DNA of 64,000 nt, taken from contig CAKOLD010000001.1 of the NCBI GenBank assembly GCA_934096015.1, forward strand, positions 27,069 to 91,068. Direction: 5' to 3'. The DNA is from an uncultured Bacilli bacterium. Its GTDB lineage: Bacteria; Bacillota_I; Bacilli_A; RF39; UBA660. Positions 1 through 10,154 of the stretch are shown here, one piece after another. The notes beneath the pieces were generated by a model that had not been told where the DNA came from, searched no databases, and was given only the letters and a program-made list of their open reading frames with translations. Positions within the stretch are counted from its first letter, which is position 1; each line of letters begins with the position of its first letter. The position numbers and the translations under genes were made by a program.

Positions 1-1926
1 TATCTTCATTATCTGTATTATTATACAATTCTTTCTTATTTATAATTGGTTTTTCTGCTAAATTTTCTTCCTCACTATCGATCAAATCTTTATCAATTTC
101 TGCTATAAATCTACTAGGTAAATTCATTTGATCTTTACCATAAAGCATTCTTCTTTTAGCATTTGTAATATATAATCTTTCTCTAGCTCTAGTTATTCCA
201 ACATAACATAATCTTCTCTCTTCTTCTAAATTATCTTCCATTAAAGACATATTATGTGGAAATATTCCTTCTTCCATTCCAATTAAAAAGACTACATCAA
301 ATTCCAAACCTTTAGCACTATGAATAGTCATCAAGGTTACTTCATCGTTATCTTCCTTATGACTACTTATATCACTAATTAAAGATATTTCTTCTAAAAA
401 ATCTCCTAAATTAACACACCCAGTTCTCTCTTCAAAAGAAGCTGTTATACTTTTAAATTCCAATAAATTATCTAAACGTAATTCATTTTCTAAGTTTTTT
501 TCTTCTTCTAAAGATTCCTTTAATCCTGTTTTTTCAAGCACAGCATCAATAAGTTCGGTTAAACTCATGTTATTACTACACTCAACTAAATCTAAAATAA
601 TTTTTTTAAATTCCAACTCCTTCTTTGTAGACAAAGCTTCAAACATACTAATACCTTCAATAGAACTAATATTTTCTAAATTTTTAATAGCACTATCTCC
701 AATACCTCTTTTTGGAACATTAATAATTCTTCTTAAACTAACCTCATCATTATTATTATAAATCAATCTTAAATATGAAATTAGATCCTTTATTTCTTTA
801 CGATTATAAAAATAGTAACTACCGACAACTTTATAAGGTATTCCCTTTTTTAAAAACATTTCTTCAACAACACGACTCTGAGCATTAGTTCTATATAAAA
901 CTCCAATTTCACTTTTTTTATAACCCTGTTCTAACAAAGATTGAATTTCACTTAAAACCAAAGTTATTTCATGTTTTTCATCATAACTTCTTAAATACTT
1001 TATTTTTACCCCTTCACCCTTTTCGCTCCACAGTTTTAAATCTTTTCTCTCTTTATTATTTTTTATTACACTATTAGCTGCATTCAAAATATTATTAGTA
1101 CTTCGATAATTTTCTTCTAGTTTTATAATTTTGGCATCAGGATAATCTTTTTCAAAATTAATAATATTTTTATAATCAGCTTGTCTAAAAGCATATATAC
1201 TTTGATTTACATCACCTACAACAAATAAATTTCGGTATTTTTCTGCAAGTAATTTACAAAGTTTATATTGAACAGGATTAGTATCTTGATACTCATCGAT
1301 TAAAATATATTTAAATTTATCTTGATAATGTTCTAAAACAGTTTTATCATTTCTAAAAAGTTCTACTGGTTTAACAAGCAAATCATCAAAATCAACACTA
1401 TTATTATTTTTCATCATAACCTGATATTTTGTATAAACATCAACAACAACTTTATCAATTGGAGTATTAAAAAATTTATCAAGTTCCATTTGACTTAACA
1501 TTTGATTTTTAATAAAACTAATTTTATTTCTTATATAGTATGGACTATACTGTTTAGTATCCAAATTTAAATTCTTTAATATTTTTTTTATTATACTAAG
1601 TACATCTTCTGAATCAATAATTGTAAAATTTTTATCTAAACCAACTAAAGCATAGTTTTCTCTAATTACTCTTAATCCAAATGAATGAAAAGTCCCAATA
1701 AAACTATTAATCGGTCCTAACATAGCACTTATTCTATCACGCATTTCTTTAGCCGCTTTGTTAGTAAATGTAATTGCTAATATATTATAATCATTAACAC
1801 CATTTTCAATAAGTTTAGTTATTCGGGTAGTTAAAACACTTGTTTTTCCACTACCAGCTCCAGCCATGACTAAACATGGACCTTCTTTGACATTTACCGC
1901 TTCTATTTGTTGTTTATTCAATTTTT
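1..1926 (-). CDS. pcrA: ATP-dependent DNA helicase PcrA/UvrD family; the 3' end runs off the window (about 640 aa visible)
   Basis: Minus-strand ATG at 1924-1926 is preceded by an AGAGGTAG RBS. The N-terminus MDTKKLNKQQIEAVNV...GPCLVMAGAGSGKTSVLTTRI carries a Walker A motif with UvrD-type helicase motifs. The open frame continues to position 1. It is absent from the ORF track only because there is no stop in the window. Confidence 0.8.
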
Positions 1927-2045
1927 TTGTATCCATAACTACCTCTATTTTTCCTAATTAATTATACCAAATATATTTTTTTTATTAAATAGTTTTAAAA
2001 ATTTTTGTACAAAAAAAGATGTATAAAAAATAATAAACATCTATT

Positions 2046-2351
2046 TTATATATTGTAATTAATTAAGTCATCAACAGAATTATTTAAAATATCAACTAAC
2101 ATATCTTCGTTTAACTTAGTAAAATTTTGTTTTATCAATTTTAAAGGTAAACAAAACAAATCAATTCTATTAAGTAATATATTCTCAATGTTATTTACAC
2201 CTAAATCATATAAATAGTTGATGACTTCTTTGACATTTTTTTTCATTAATTCCAAGTTTTTTATAATATTTAAATCATTAGACTTAAGAATATTTTCAAT
2301 TACTTCATCACTCAAGTCAAATTCTTTTAAATAATTAAGCATTACGCACAC
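2046..2351 (-). CDS. mTERF-like repeat protein, C-terminal portion (probably the 3' part of a frameshifted gene, see 2342..3376)
   Basis: The 101 aa ORF has about 30-aa helical repeats of the form LxxLGxxxxxIxxILxxxxxLFxLP (for example INYLYDLGVNNIENILLNRIDLFCLPLKLIKQNFTKL) that resemble mTERF motifs. It overlaps the upstream ORF by 10 nt in a different frame. Confidence 0.4.
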   Translation of the reverse strand: MCVMLNYLKEFDLSDEVIENILKSNDLNIIKNLELMKKNVKEVINYLYDLGVNNIENILLNRIDLFCLPLKLIKQNFTKLNEDMLVDILNNSVDDLINYNI

Positions 2352-3376
2352 CTCTTACGTCCCGCTTCTCTTGTCTTTCCATAATTTGTTATAAAAAATG
2401 CTCTAATATTATCCAAATATTTAGGATCATTTTTTGGGACTTCTCCATAATAACTCATTTTTTGGATAGTTTCAAGTCGTTTATCTAATTCAACATATCC
2501 TAAAACTTCATAGCCAAGTCCTTTACTTAAGTTTGTAACTTCAACCCCATGTGCTTTTAAAATTTCCACATTACTTTTTAGCAAGTCTTTATTTACCACA
2601 AAAACATTACCACAATATTCAATCATAGTTGGAACATCTAACCCAAAACTATGTATCTCATTTACTAATGATTCCAAATCACTAGTAAGAAGTATTACAG
2701 GTTTATTAATAATTACATTCCTAACATTAACATTATTTTCCTCTAATATTTTTAAATTTTTTAAAAACAAATCATAATTCCCCGGAATTTCTTCTGGAGT
2801 ATTTTTCATAAAAATAGCTGGAATAGACTCAATAGCTTTTCCAAGACACCTTCCATCAATCACTCCATCATTCCTAAAAACATCAACAATATCTCCTATC
2901 AATTTTTTGTTTGAAAACATTAAAATATTTAAAATAATATTAGGATCAGATAATCTATTAATTATTCTATTTTCAGGTTTCTTAGAATTCTTGATAAACT
3001 TAGCAGTTTGTTCAACTTCTTTCAAACTTTTAACATTTTTCATATAATTCAAATTTGTTTCACTTAAATCACCAGATTCAATACCAAGATAACTTAATAT
3101 ATCAGACCAAGTAATTTCATTTTTAGGAGAAACATTAGTTTTCTCAGTTACATAATGTTCTTGTAACCCTAAGAGTTTAACATTATATACAGCAATTTCA
3201 TACATTATTTGATATAAAAAAGAATCAATTTCATTTATTTCACTCTTTTTAGCCACTTGCTCAATACAATTTATATCGGAAGCATTAATTATTTCATTCG
3301 AGTTTACTTTATTAACCAAATAATTTATTTCTGGTGTATATAACTTAGATAATAAATTTAATAAATTCTCAGACAT
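2342..3376 (-). CDS. hypothetical protein with mTERF-like helical repeats (N-terminal portion)
   Basis: The 344 aa ORF has repeats such as NLKILEENNVNVRNVIINKPVILLTSDLESLVNEIHSFGLDVPTMIEY and LLKSNVEILKAHGVEVTNL. Its C-terminal tail ...TREAGRKRCA looks like out-of-frame read-through into the next ORF. Confidence 0.4.
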   Translation of the reverse strand: MSENLLNLLSKLYTPEINYLVNKVNSNEIINASDINCIEQVAKKSEINEIDSFLYQIMYEIAVYNVKLLGLQEHYVTEKTNVSPKNEITWSDILSYLGIESGDLSETNLNYMKNVKSLKEVEQTAKFIKNSKKPENRIINRLSDPNIILNILMFSNKKLIGDIVDVFRNDGVIDGRCLGKAIESIPAIFMKNTPEEIPGNYDLFLKNLKILEENNVNVRNVIINKPVILLTSDLESLVNEIHSFGLDVPTMIEYCGNVFVVNKDLLKSNVEILKAHGVEVTNLSKGLGYEVLGYVELDKRLETIQKMSYYGEVPKNDPKYLDNIRAFFITNYGKTREAGRKRCA

Positions 3377-3388
3377 AATAAACCTCCT

Positions 3389-4036
3389 TTACCATTTATT
3401 GTGGTTTTTTTTACCCAACAACACTAAATTTCTCTGGGTAATATATTTTAGTAACTGCCATTTTTCACTCATTATTAATCCACTTTTCTTTAAAACATCA
3501 TTAAATTCTTCTAAATTAGTAAGTGGAATAATAAGTTCATCATCTTTAAAATACTTTAAATATTTTTGATACAAATCATCTGCCATTTTTAAACTATCCA
3601 AATAACTTTCATTACTTTCTTTAAATTCTAAAACAAATTCTTTAATATGATTTGCTTGTTCATCCAACCAATGTTGTGCCTCATCTTTCTTTAATTCCAG
3701 GTTTTCATCAACTTTACCCTCTAAAATTAATTCAGTAAAATTCTTAGAAACTTCTGAATAATATTCAAAATTTTTCAAACATTCTTCTGGATTATTATAA
3801 TTCACTACCTCTATAATTTTACCAAAATCCTCCAAAGAAATTAAAGCCAAATCATCCCCATTTATATATAAAACATCTTTTAAAGTCTGCTTTTTCAAAA
3901 TATTAACTATATCATTTACTCTATTTACTTTATCCTCAAATTGTTTAATTTGAATCTGTAAAAAATCTATTTTTTTGTGTAATTCGGAAACAAAAGTCTT
4001 AACAACTATCATATGTAAGCCTCCTACTATCACCAA
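3389..4036 (-). CDS. hypothetical protein (acidic, predicted helical)
   Basis: 215 aa ORF with no recognisable family. It is co-oriented with the mTERF-like gene and pcrA. The true start may be the internal MIVVKTF. Confidence 0.35.
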   Translation of the reverse strand: MVIVGGLHMIVVKTFVSELHKKIDFLQIQIKQFEDKVNRVNDIVNILKKQTLKDVLYINGDDLALISLEDFGKIIEVVNYNNPEECLKNFEYYSEVSKNFTELILEGKVDENLELKKDEAQHWLDEQANHIKEFVLEFKESNESYLDSLKMADDLYQKYLKYFKDDELIIPLTNLEEFNDVLKKSGLIMSEKWQLLKYITQRNLVLLGKKNHNKW

Positions 4037-4149
4037 TTATACCATACTTATTAATATAATACAAACAAATATTCAATATACAAAAACTTTATAAAATTGT
4101 AAAATAAACAAATATGTGATATATTTAAAAAAAATAAAGAGGTGATTTT

Positions 4150-4362
4150 ATGGATAACAAAGAATACAACATCGATATTGAAAATACTAATATAATTCCA
4201 ATACCTGAAGAGGCCAGAAAATTACTTAATACAGAATCAAATAAAAGTAATAATTACGAAAAAAAATTAACAAAAAAGAATTGTATTATTTTAGTAGTTT
4301 TATTCATGGTATTAGTAGTTACAATAACTAGTGTTATTTATAAAATGATAATTGCTAAATGA
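4150..4362 (+). CDS. small membrane protein (70 aa, one C-terminal TM helix)
   Basis: Strong RBS AAAGAGGTGA lies 5 nt upstream of the ATG. It has a hydrophobic C-terminus ILVVLFMVLVVTITSVIY. Its stop overlaps the start of the next ORF (ATGA). Confidence 0.35.
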   Translation: MDNKEYNIDIENTNIIPIPEEARKLLNTESNKSNNYEKKLTKKNCIILVVLFMVLVVTITSVIYKMIIAK

Positions 4363-4613
4363 AAGAACTTGAATATTATGTAAAGAACATAAGTAAAGAC
4401 TATCAACTTAAAAAAGTCAACAAAAATCTTCTATTAACAAACTATGAAATAAATGTTTTAAAAAAATATAATATTAGTTACAACACATGTAATTCGTATA
4501 ATGAAATTTTATATTTAATTGATATCATTTTAAACAATGATTATTTAAAAGATTTAGAAGACATATCAATAAGTATTAGTGAAAGAAATTACTATCAAAA
4601 CACAAACAAATAG
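4359..4613 (+). CDS. hypothetical small protein (84 aa)
   Basis: Translationally coupled to 4150..4362 and followed by a terminator hairpin. Confidence 0.25.
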   Translation: MKELEYYVKNISKDYQLKKVNKNLLLTNYEINVLKKYNISYNTCNSYNEILYLIDIILNNDYLKDLEDISISISERNYYQNTNK

Positions 4614-4637
4614 GAATGCGCACACATTCCTATTTTT
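4613..4637 (+). terminator. rho-independent terminator hairpin, GGAATG-cgcaca-CATTCC then TATTTTT
   Basis: Perfect 6-bp stem followed by a T-run. It sits between the converging small ORFs and smpB. Confidence 0.5.
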
Positions 4638-5064
4638 AAATATTCCTGGATTGTTCCCTTTTTAAATCTCTCTCTTTTATAGTTTCTCTTTTATCGTAAA
4701 GTTTTTTGCCCTTACACAAGCCAAGCAAAATCTTAACGTAATTATTCTTAAAATATAATTTTAAAGGAACTAAACTATATCCTTCTTTTATAACACCTTC
4801 ACGTAGCTTTTGAATTTCATTTTTTTTAAGTAACAACTTTCTTTCTCTTCTTTCGGGAACATTATATCTGTTACCTTCAAAATAAGGAGCAATATACATA
4901 TTAATTACGTAAACCTCACCATTTTTTACCCGAGCATAAGTATCTTTTAAATCTGCGCTTCCCTTACGAATAGATTTTATTTCAGTCCCCGTTAAAACTA
5001 TACCAGCTTCTATTTCTTTTAAAATAAAATAATCAAAATAGGCTTTCTTATTTTTTATTTCCAT
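4636..5064 (-). CDS. smpB: SsrA-binding protein SmpB
   Basis: [35 protein letters not shown]...YIAPY matches the SmpB family. The start is taken at the internal Met, with a GGTGAT RBS. It sits immediately downstream of rnr, the classic rnr-smpB pair. Confidence 0.85.
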   Translation of the reverse strand: MEIKNKKAYFDYFILKEIEAGIVLTGTEIKSIRKGSADLKDTYARVKNGEVYVINMYIAPYFEGNRYNVPERRERKLLLKKNEIQKLREGVIKEGYSLVPLKLYFKNNYVKILLGLCKGKKLYDKRETIKERDLKREQSRNI

Positions 5065-7162
5065 CTTTATCACCATCAACCAAAACAAAATCAATAGTAC
5101 GTGCTTCTTTACTAGCAGCGACACATTTAACAGTTACTTTATCACCAATTCTATAAGTTTTTTTTGTATTTTCCCCAACTAAACTTAATAAATTTTCCTC
5201 ATAATTATAATAATCGCCTTTCAGTGTGTTAACATGAACTAATCCTTCAACTAAATTATCAAGTTGTACAAAAAAGCCAAAATTAGTAACTGTGTCTATT
5301 ACACCATCATATATTTCGCCAATTTTATCTTCCATATATTCGGCCATCTTCATATCATCAACTTCTCTTTCGGCTTCAACACTTTTTTGCTCTCTTTCAC
5401 TAGCCTGTTCAGCAATTGTAACCAAATTTGTATCCCAATAATTTATCGTTTCTCTTGATAAATCGTGGTCAAAAAGATAAGTTCGTAGTAATCTATGCAC
5501 GATTAAATCAGGATATCTTCTGATTGGAGACGTAAAATGTGTATAACATGAACTAGCTAAACCAAAGTGACCTATATTTTCCTTTTGATAAATAGCCTTT
5601 TTCATACTACGTAAAAGCATACTGCTTAATATTTTATATTCTGGTTTATCACTTAACTCTTCTAATAGTCTTTGCATATCTTTAGGGCTTACTGAATTAT
5701 ATTTTCCTTTAATAGTATAGCCTAATAAACTAATTAATTTTAAAAACTGTTCTATTTTCTCACTACTTGGTTCTCCATGAGTCCTATAAATAAACGGTAA
5801 ATCCATATTAAAAATATGAGTAGCTACAGTTTCATTAGCAGCAATCATAAAATCTTCAATAAGTTTTTCTCCATCTTCTCTGACTCTTTTTTCAATAGCA
5901 ACAACTTTTTTATTCTTATCAACAATAATTTTTGGTTCATCCAAATCAAAATTAATGTATCCTTTTCTCTCTTTATGTTTTCTCAAAATATGAGCAAGTT
6001 CATTCATTTCTAATAAAGTATCCTTGTATTCTGTGTATTCAGGATCAACAATATTTCTCATCAATATATCATTTACTTTTGCATAAGTCATTTTAATTCT
6101 TGACTTAATAAATGAAGGAAAAATGTTATAATCAACGACGTCTCCCTTAGAATCTATTTTCATTTCACAACTTATAGTTAGTCTTACTTGATTTGGATTC
6201 AAAGAACATATCCCATTGGATAATTTATGTGGTAACATCGGAATAACACTATCAGCTAAATAACTGCTTGTTCCACGTGCTAAAGCATCTACATCCAGTG
6301 GACTATTCAAAGAAACATAATGGCTAACATCAGCAATATGAACCCCTAACCAATAAAAATCTTTTTCTTTTTTTATACTAATCGCATCATCTATATCTTT
6401 AGTATCAGCACCATCTATAGTAAATATCATTTCTTGAGTTAAATCTGTTCTTCCTACTTTTTCTTGTTCACTTACTTCATTAGGCATATCTTCTGCCTGT
6501 TGCATTGATTCTTTGCTAAACTCTTCAAATATTCCATATTTATACGCAACTGTTTTTATATCAACTCCAGGATCATCCTTGTGACCAATAACAGTAACTA
6601 CACGTCCATAATAACGATTTTTACTAAGTTCTTTAATCAAAGAAACTAAAACTTTAGTTCCATCAACTAAACCTCTAGAACTAACTTTATCTAAAACTAT
6701 TTCAAGATCCTTTTTTTCATCATCAAGTTTAATAAAAACATCATCATTTTTGTTAACAATTTCACCTATAATATTTTTTAAATTTCTATTTAAAATTCTA
6801 ACTACTCGACCTTCAGTTTTATTCTTTTTATTATTTAGTTCCACTAACACATAATCTTCATTTACTGCCCCATTCAAATCGTCTTTAGCAATATAAATAT
6901 CTTCTTCATCTGGTAAAACTAAAAAACCAAAACCTTTTTTATTAACATCTAGTTTTCCTAATTTAAAGTTAGGACAATTTTTATATAAAACATATTTTTC
7001 TTTATTAGTTTTATACATAACATTTTCTTTGTATAGTTCTTCCAAACTATTTTCTAAATCTTTTAATTCTTGAGGAGTTTTTAAGCCTAACAAATCATTT
7101 ATTTCAATCAAAGTCAAAGCTTCCTTTTCTTGTTCCATTACACTAATTATTTTATCCTTCAT
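5048..7162 (-). CDS. rnr: ribonuclease R
   Basis: 704 aa with an RNB catalytic region ([26 protein letters not shown]) and C-terminal S1-like and basic domains. Confidence 0.9.
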   Translation of the reverse strand: MKDKIISVMEQEKEALTLIEINDLLGLKTPQELKDLENSLEELYKENVMYKTNKEKYVLYKNCPNFKLGKLDVNKKGFGFLVLPDEEDIYIAKDDLNGAVNEDYVLVELNNKKNKTEGRVVRILNRNLKNIIGEIVNKNDDVFIKLDDEKKDLEIVLDKVSSRGLVDGTKVLVSLIKELSKNRYYGRVVTVIGHKDDPGVDIKTVAYKYGIFEEFSKESMQQAEDMPNEVSEQEKVGRTDLTQEMIFTIDGADTKDIDDAISIKKEKDFYWLGVHIADVSHYVSLNSPLDVDALARGTSSYLADSVIPMLPHKLSNGICSLNPNQVRLTISCEMKIDSKGDVVDYNIFPSFIKSRIKMTYAKVNDILMRNIVDPEYTEYKDTLLEMNELAHILRKHKERKGYINFDLDEPKIIVDKNKKVVAIEKRVREDGEKLIEDFMIAANETVATHIFNMDLPFIYRTHGEPSSEKIEQFLKLISLLGYTIKGKYNSVSPKDMQRLLEELSDKPEYKILSSMLLRSMKKAIYQKENIGHFGLASSCYTHFTSPIRRYPDLIVHRLLRTYLFDHDLSRETINYWDTNLVTIAEQASEREQKSVEAEREVDDMKMAEYMEDKIGEIYDGVIDTVTNFGFFVQLDNLVEGLVHVNTLKGDYYNYEENLLSLVGENTKKTYRIGDKVTVKCVAASKEARTIDFVLVDGDKDGNKK

Positions 7163-7232
7163 CTAAATTCCTCCATTTTTTTCATTATAACATAATATTT
7201 TTTTACAAATAAAAAAAGTGCTAAAGCACTCG

Positions 7233-7448
7233 TTAACTAATGTAAAGTATAAAAGCTATAATAATAAAAGCTGCACTCAAACACATTGTCAATCTTGTTA
7301 TAAAAAGTTCAGCGCCTCTTTCTTTTTGCCTTTGAAACAATTCTGTATTTCCACCTGTAATTATTTGTCCTCCAGCACTAGCTTTATTACTTTGTAACAA
7401 AACAAGAACAATTAAAATCACGGCAATTACTAATAATGCAGTCTCCAT
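7233..7448 (-). CDS. secG: preprotein translocase subunit SecG
   Basis: 71 aa with two TM segments and a central glycine-rich loop (ASAGGQIITGG). It is positioned upstream of rnr on the same strand, as in Bacilli. Confidence 0.7.
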   Translation of the reverse strand: METALLVIAVILIVLVLLQSNKASAGGQIITGGNTELFQRQKERGAELFITRLTMCLSAAFIIIAFILYIS

Positions 7449-7498
7449 AAACTCACCCTCCGTTTAAAAATCTACTTTATAATTTAACATAAAATTAA

Positions 7499-8710
7499 TT
7501 ATTTTTCAAGAAGTTCTTCAATTTCTAATAATCTATTATATTTAGCAACTCTTTCTCCTCTACAAAGTGATCCAGTTTTAATATATCCTAAATTTAAACC
7601 TACTGCCATATCTGCTATAAAAGTATCAAGAGTTTCACCACTTCTGTGACTTATAATAGTTTTAAAACCTGCGTTTTTAGCCATATCAATAGTTTCTAAC
7701 ATTTCACTAATAGTTCCAATTTGATTAGCTTTAAGTAATATTGAATTATTATAATGTTCGTGAATACCCTGATCTAATAATTTTTTATTAGTAACAAAAT
7801 AATCATCACCTACCAGCATAATTTTATTACCTGCCTTTTTTGTAAAGGATTTAATAGCATCTAAATCAAATTCAGAAAAAGCATCCTCAATACTACAAAT
7901 AGGATAATCATTTATTAAATCTAAATAATAATTTTCTAAATCCACATACTCTAAATACTTACCATCAATAAAATATTTTCCCTCTTTATAAAATTCGCTT
8001 GCTGCACAATCTAAAGCTATAAAAACATTTTCACCAGCTTTATAATTACTAACGTTAATCGCTTCAACTATTAAATCTAAAGCTTCTCTTGTAGATTTCA
8101 TTTTAGGAGCAAATCCCCCCTCGTCCCCTACATTAGTACTCATCCCTTTATTTTTTAAAATACCTTTTAAATTGTGAAAGATTTCAGCTCCAGCCTGTAG
8201 TGCAGACTTAAAAGAAGAAAATTTAGGAACTATCATAAATTCTTGAATAGACAAGCCACTTGCTGCATGAACACCACCATTAACAATATTCATCATAGGA
8301 ATAGGCATTGTAAAATCGTTCCCTAAACATTCAAAAAGTTCTCTGTGATTTTTTTGAGCTAATGCTTTCATAACACATAAAGAAACTCCTAAAATTGCAT
8401 TTGCCCCCAAATTTGATTTATTATCAGTTCCATCTAATTTTATTAAAATATCATCAATTTTTTTTTGGTCCAATTCTATTCCCTTTAAATTATCATTAAT
8501 TATTGTATTTACGTTATTAACAGCCTTTAAAACTCCTTTCCCATTATATCTATCTCCACCATCTCTTAATTCCAAAGCCTCATTAGATCCACAAGAAGCT
8601 CCAGAAGGAACACTTGAAACTACAAAGTTTCCATCATAAAATAATTTAACCTCAACAGTAGGATTACCTCTACTATCTAATATCTCTCTTGCATATACTT
8701 TTTCTATCAT
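7499..8710 (-). CDS. eno: enolase (phosphopyruvate hydratase)
   Basis: IEKVYAREILDSRGNPTVEV... is an enolase signature. The track ORF begins at an upstream TTG. The real ATG at 8708-8710 is preceded by an AGGAG RBS. Confidence 0.95.
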   Translation of the reverse strand: MIEKVYAREILDSRGNPTVEVKLFYDGNFVVSSVPSGASCGSNEALELRDGGDRYNGKGVLKAVNNVNTIINDNLKGIELDQKKIDDILIKLDGTDNKSNLGANAILGVSLCVMKALAQKNHRELFECLGNDFTMPIPMMNIVNGGVHAASGLSIQEFMIVPKFSSFKSALQAGAEIFHNLKGILKNKGMSTNVGDEGGFAPKMKSTREALDLIVEAINVSNYKAGENVFIALDCAASEFYKEGKYFIDGKYLEYVDLENYYLDLINDYPICSIEDAFSEFDLDAIKSFTKKAGNKIMLVGDDYFVTNKKLLDQGIHEHYNNSILLKANQIGTISEMLETIDMAKNAGFKTIISHRSGETLDTFIADMAVGLNLGYIKTGSLCRGERVAKYNRLLEIEELLEK

Positions 8711-8816
8711 TATATAATCTCCTAACAATAAAATTATAAATTATTTGTAAATTATTAGCAAGTTTTATAAAAAAAATATAAAATCATGCTATAATTGTAT
8801 AAAGGAAGGTGTGCAT

Positions 8817-10094
8817 ATGAGAATAATAGAATTAAAGATTGAAGAATTCGACGAATATTCATTAAATAGTAAACTAGGAAACTATTGCCAAACCTCTCTT
8901 TATGCTAAAGTAATGGGAGAATTGGGTTTTGATTATGATTATATAGCAATGATCGACGATACTAGAGAAATTGTCGCAGCCTCTTTAATACTTTACAAAA
9001 AAATTGGAATCTTCTATAAATATGCATACGCACCAAAAGGTTTTTTAATTGACTATGAAGATGAAGAATTATTAAAAACTTTTATTAAATTATTAAAAAG
9101 TTACTACAAAAAAAGAGGTTTTGTTTTAATAAAAATCAACCCAGAAATTATCATTGGAAACTTAAATAATCAAACTTTAAAAATTACCCAAAACGATAGC
9201 AATTATTTAATTGATACCCTTAAACAACTAGGATTTAAAAGAAGAAAAGAAGTAGACCCTTTTGATCTATTAATGCCAAGATTATCTGCATTCATAAATA
9301 TCAGAGATTTTAAATTAAATGATATAGACAAACGCATTAGAACAAAAATTAAAAATGCTCAAAATAAAGGATTAGTATTAGAAGTCGGAACAGTGGACAA
9401 CATTGAAACTTTTTATGGTTTTGTAAAAAATAAAGTAAATAGAAGTATTGATTACTATAGAAACTTTTACAATGTATATAAAAAAGACAATAATATTGAC
9501 CTCCTACTAGTAAAAATTGACTACGAAGCATATTTAGAAAATGCTAAAAATAAATACCAAGAAGAATTAAATAGAAATGCAGAATATAACGAAAAAATCA
9601 AAAATGATCCAAGCGACAAAAACATGAATGAAAAAATGAATTCTGATAAAAATGTCATTGAATATAAAAAAGATTTAGTAGAAGCAACTGAAGGACTAAA
9701 AAACAGAAAATTTGCTTATGTTGCTGGAGCTCTTGTAATAAAATATAAAGACAAGGTTAGTATTCTTGCTAGTGGCTACGACCCTAAATATAAAGATTCT
9801 AATGCAAATTATTTTCTACATAATGAAATAATTGAAAGATATAAAAGTGACTATGATTATTTAGATATGGGAGGAATTGGTGGAGACTTCTCAGAAGATA
9901 GTAGATACTATGGATTAGATAAATTTAAACTGAATTTTAATCCAGAAGTTGTAGAATATATTGGAGAATTTGATTTAATAACTAATAAATTTGCCTTTAA
10001 AAGTTTAGAAAGTAATAATACTTTAGAAGCTGAATTTTTAAAATCTAAACCCTCTGGAAAAATAACTAAAGAAGAAAAAAATGAAAATAGCTAA
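8817..10094 (+). CDS. FemAB/FemX-family aminoacyltransferase (peptidoglycan interpeptide bridge formation)
   Basis: About 425 aa with the FemABX acyltransferase fold pattern (N-terminal LYAKVMGELGFDY ... YAYAPKGF) and a central coiled-coil insert. AAGGAAGGTG RBS precedes the ATG at 8817. The track ORF begins at a GTG at 8811. Confidence 0.7.
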   Translation: MRIIELKIEEFDEYSLNSKLGNYCQTSLYAKVMGELGFDYDYIAMIDDTREIVAASLILYKKIGIFYKYAYAPKGFLIDYEDEELLKTFIKLLKSYYKKRGFVLIKINPEIIIGNLNNQTLKITQNDSNYLIDTLKQLGFKRRKEVDPFDLLMPRLSAFINIRDFKLNDIDKRIRTKIKNAQNKGLVLEVGTVDNIETFYGFVKNKVNRSIDYYRNFYNVYKKDNNIDLLLVKIDYEAYLENAKNKYQEELNRNAEYNEKIKNDPSDKNMNEKMNSDKNVIEYKKDLVEATEGLKNRKFAYVAGALVIKYKDKVSILASGYDPKYKDSNANYFLHNEIIERYKSDYDYLDMGGIGGDFSEDSRYYGLDKFKLNFNPEVVEYIGEFDLITNKFAFKSLESNNTLEAEFLKSKPSGKITKEEKNENS

Positions 10095-10154
10095 AATAAT
10101 AGCTATTTTTATTATATAAAAAAACTCTAATTAACAAAATTAGAGTTTATTAAA

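Noticed and set aside
567-761. 64-aa plus-strand ORF inside the pcrA region
   Set aside because: It is antisense to the PcrA/UvrD helicase coding sequence and is a spurious open frame in AT-rich DNA.
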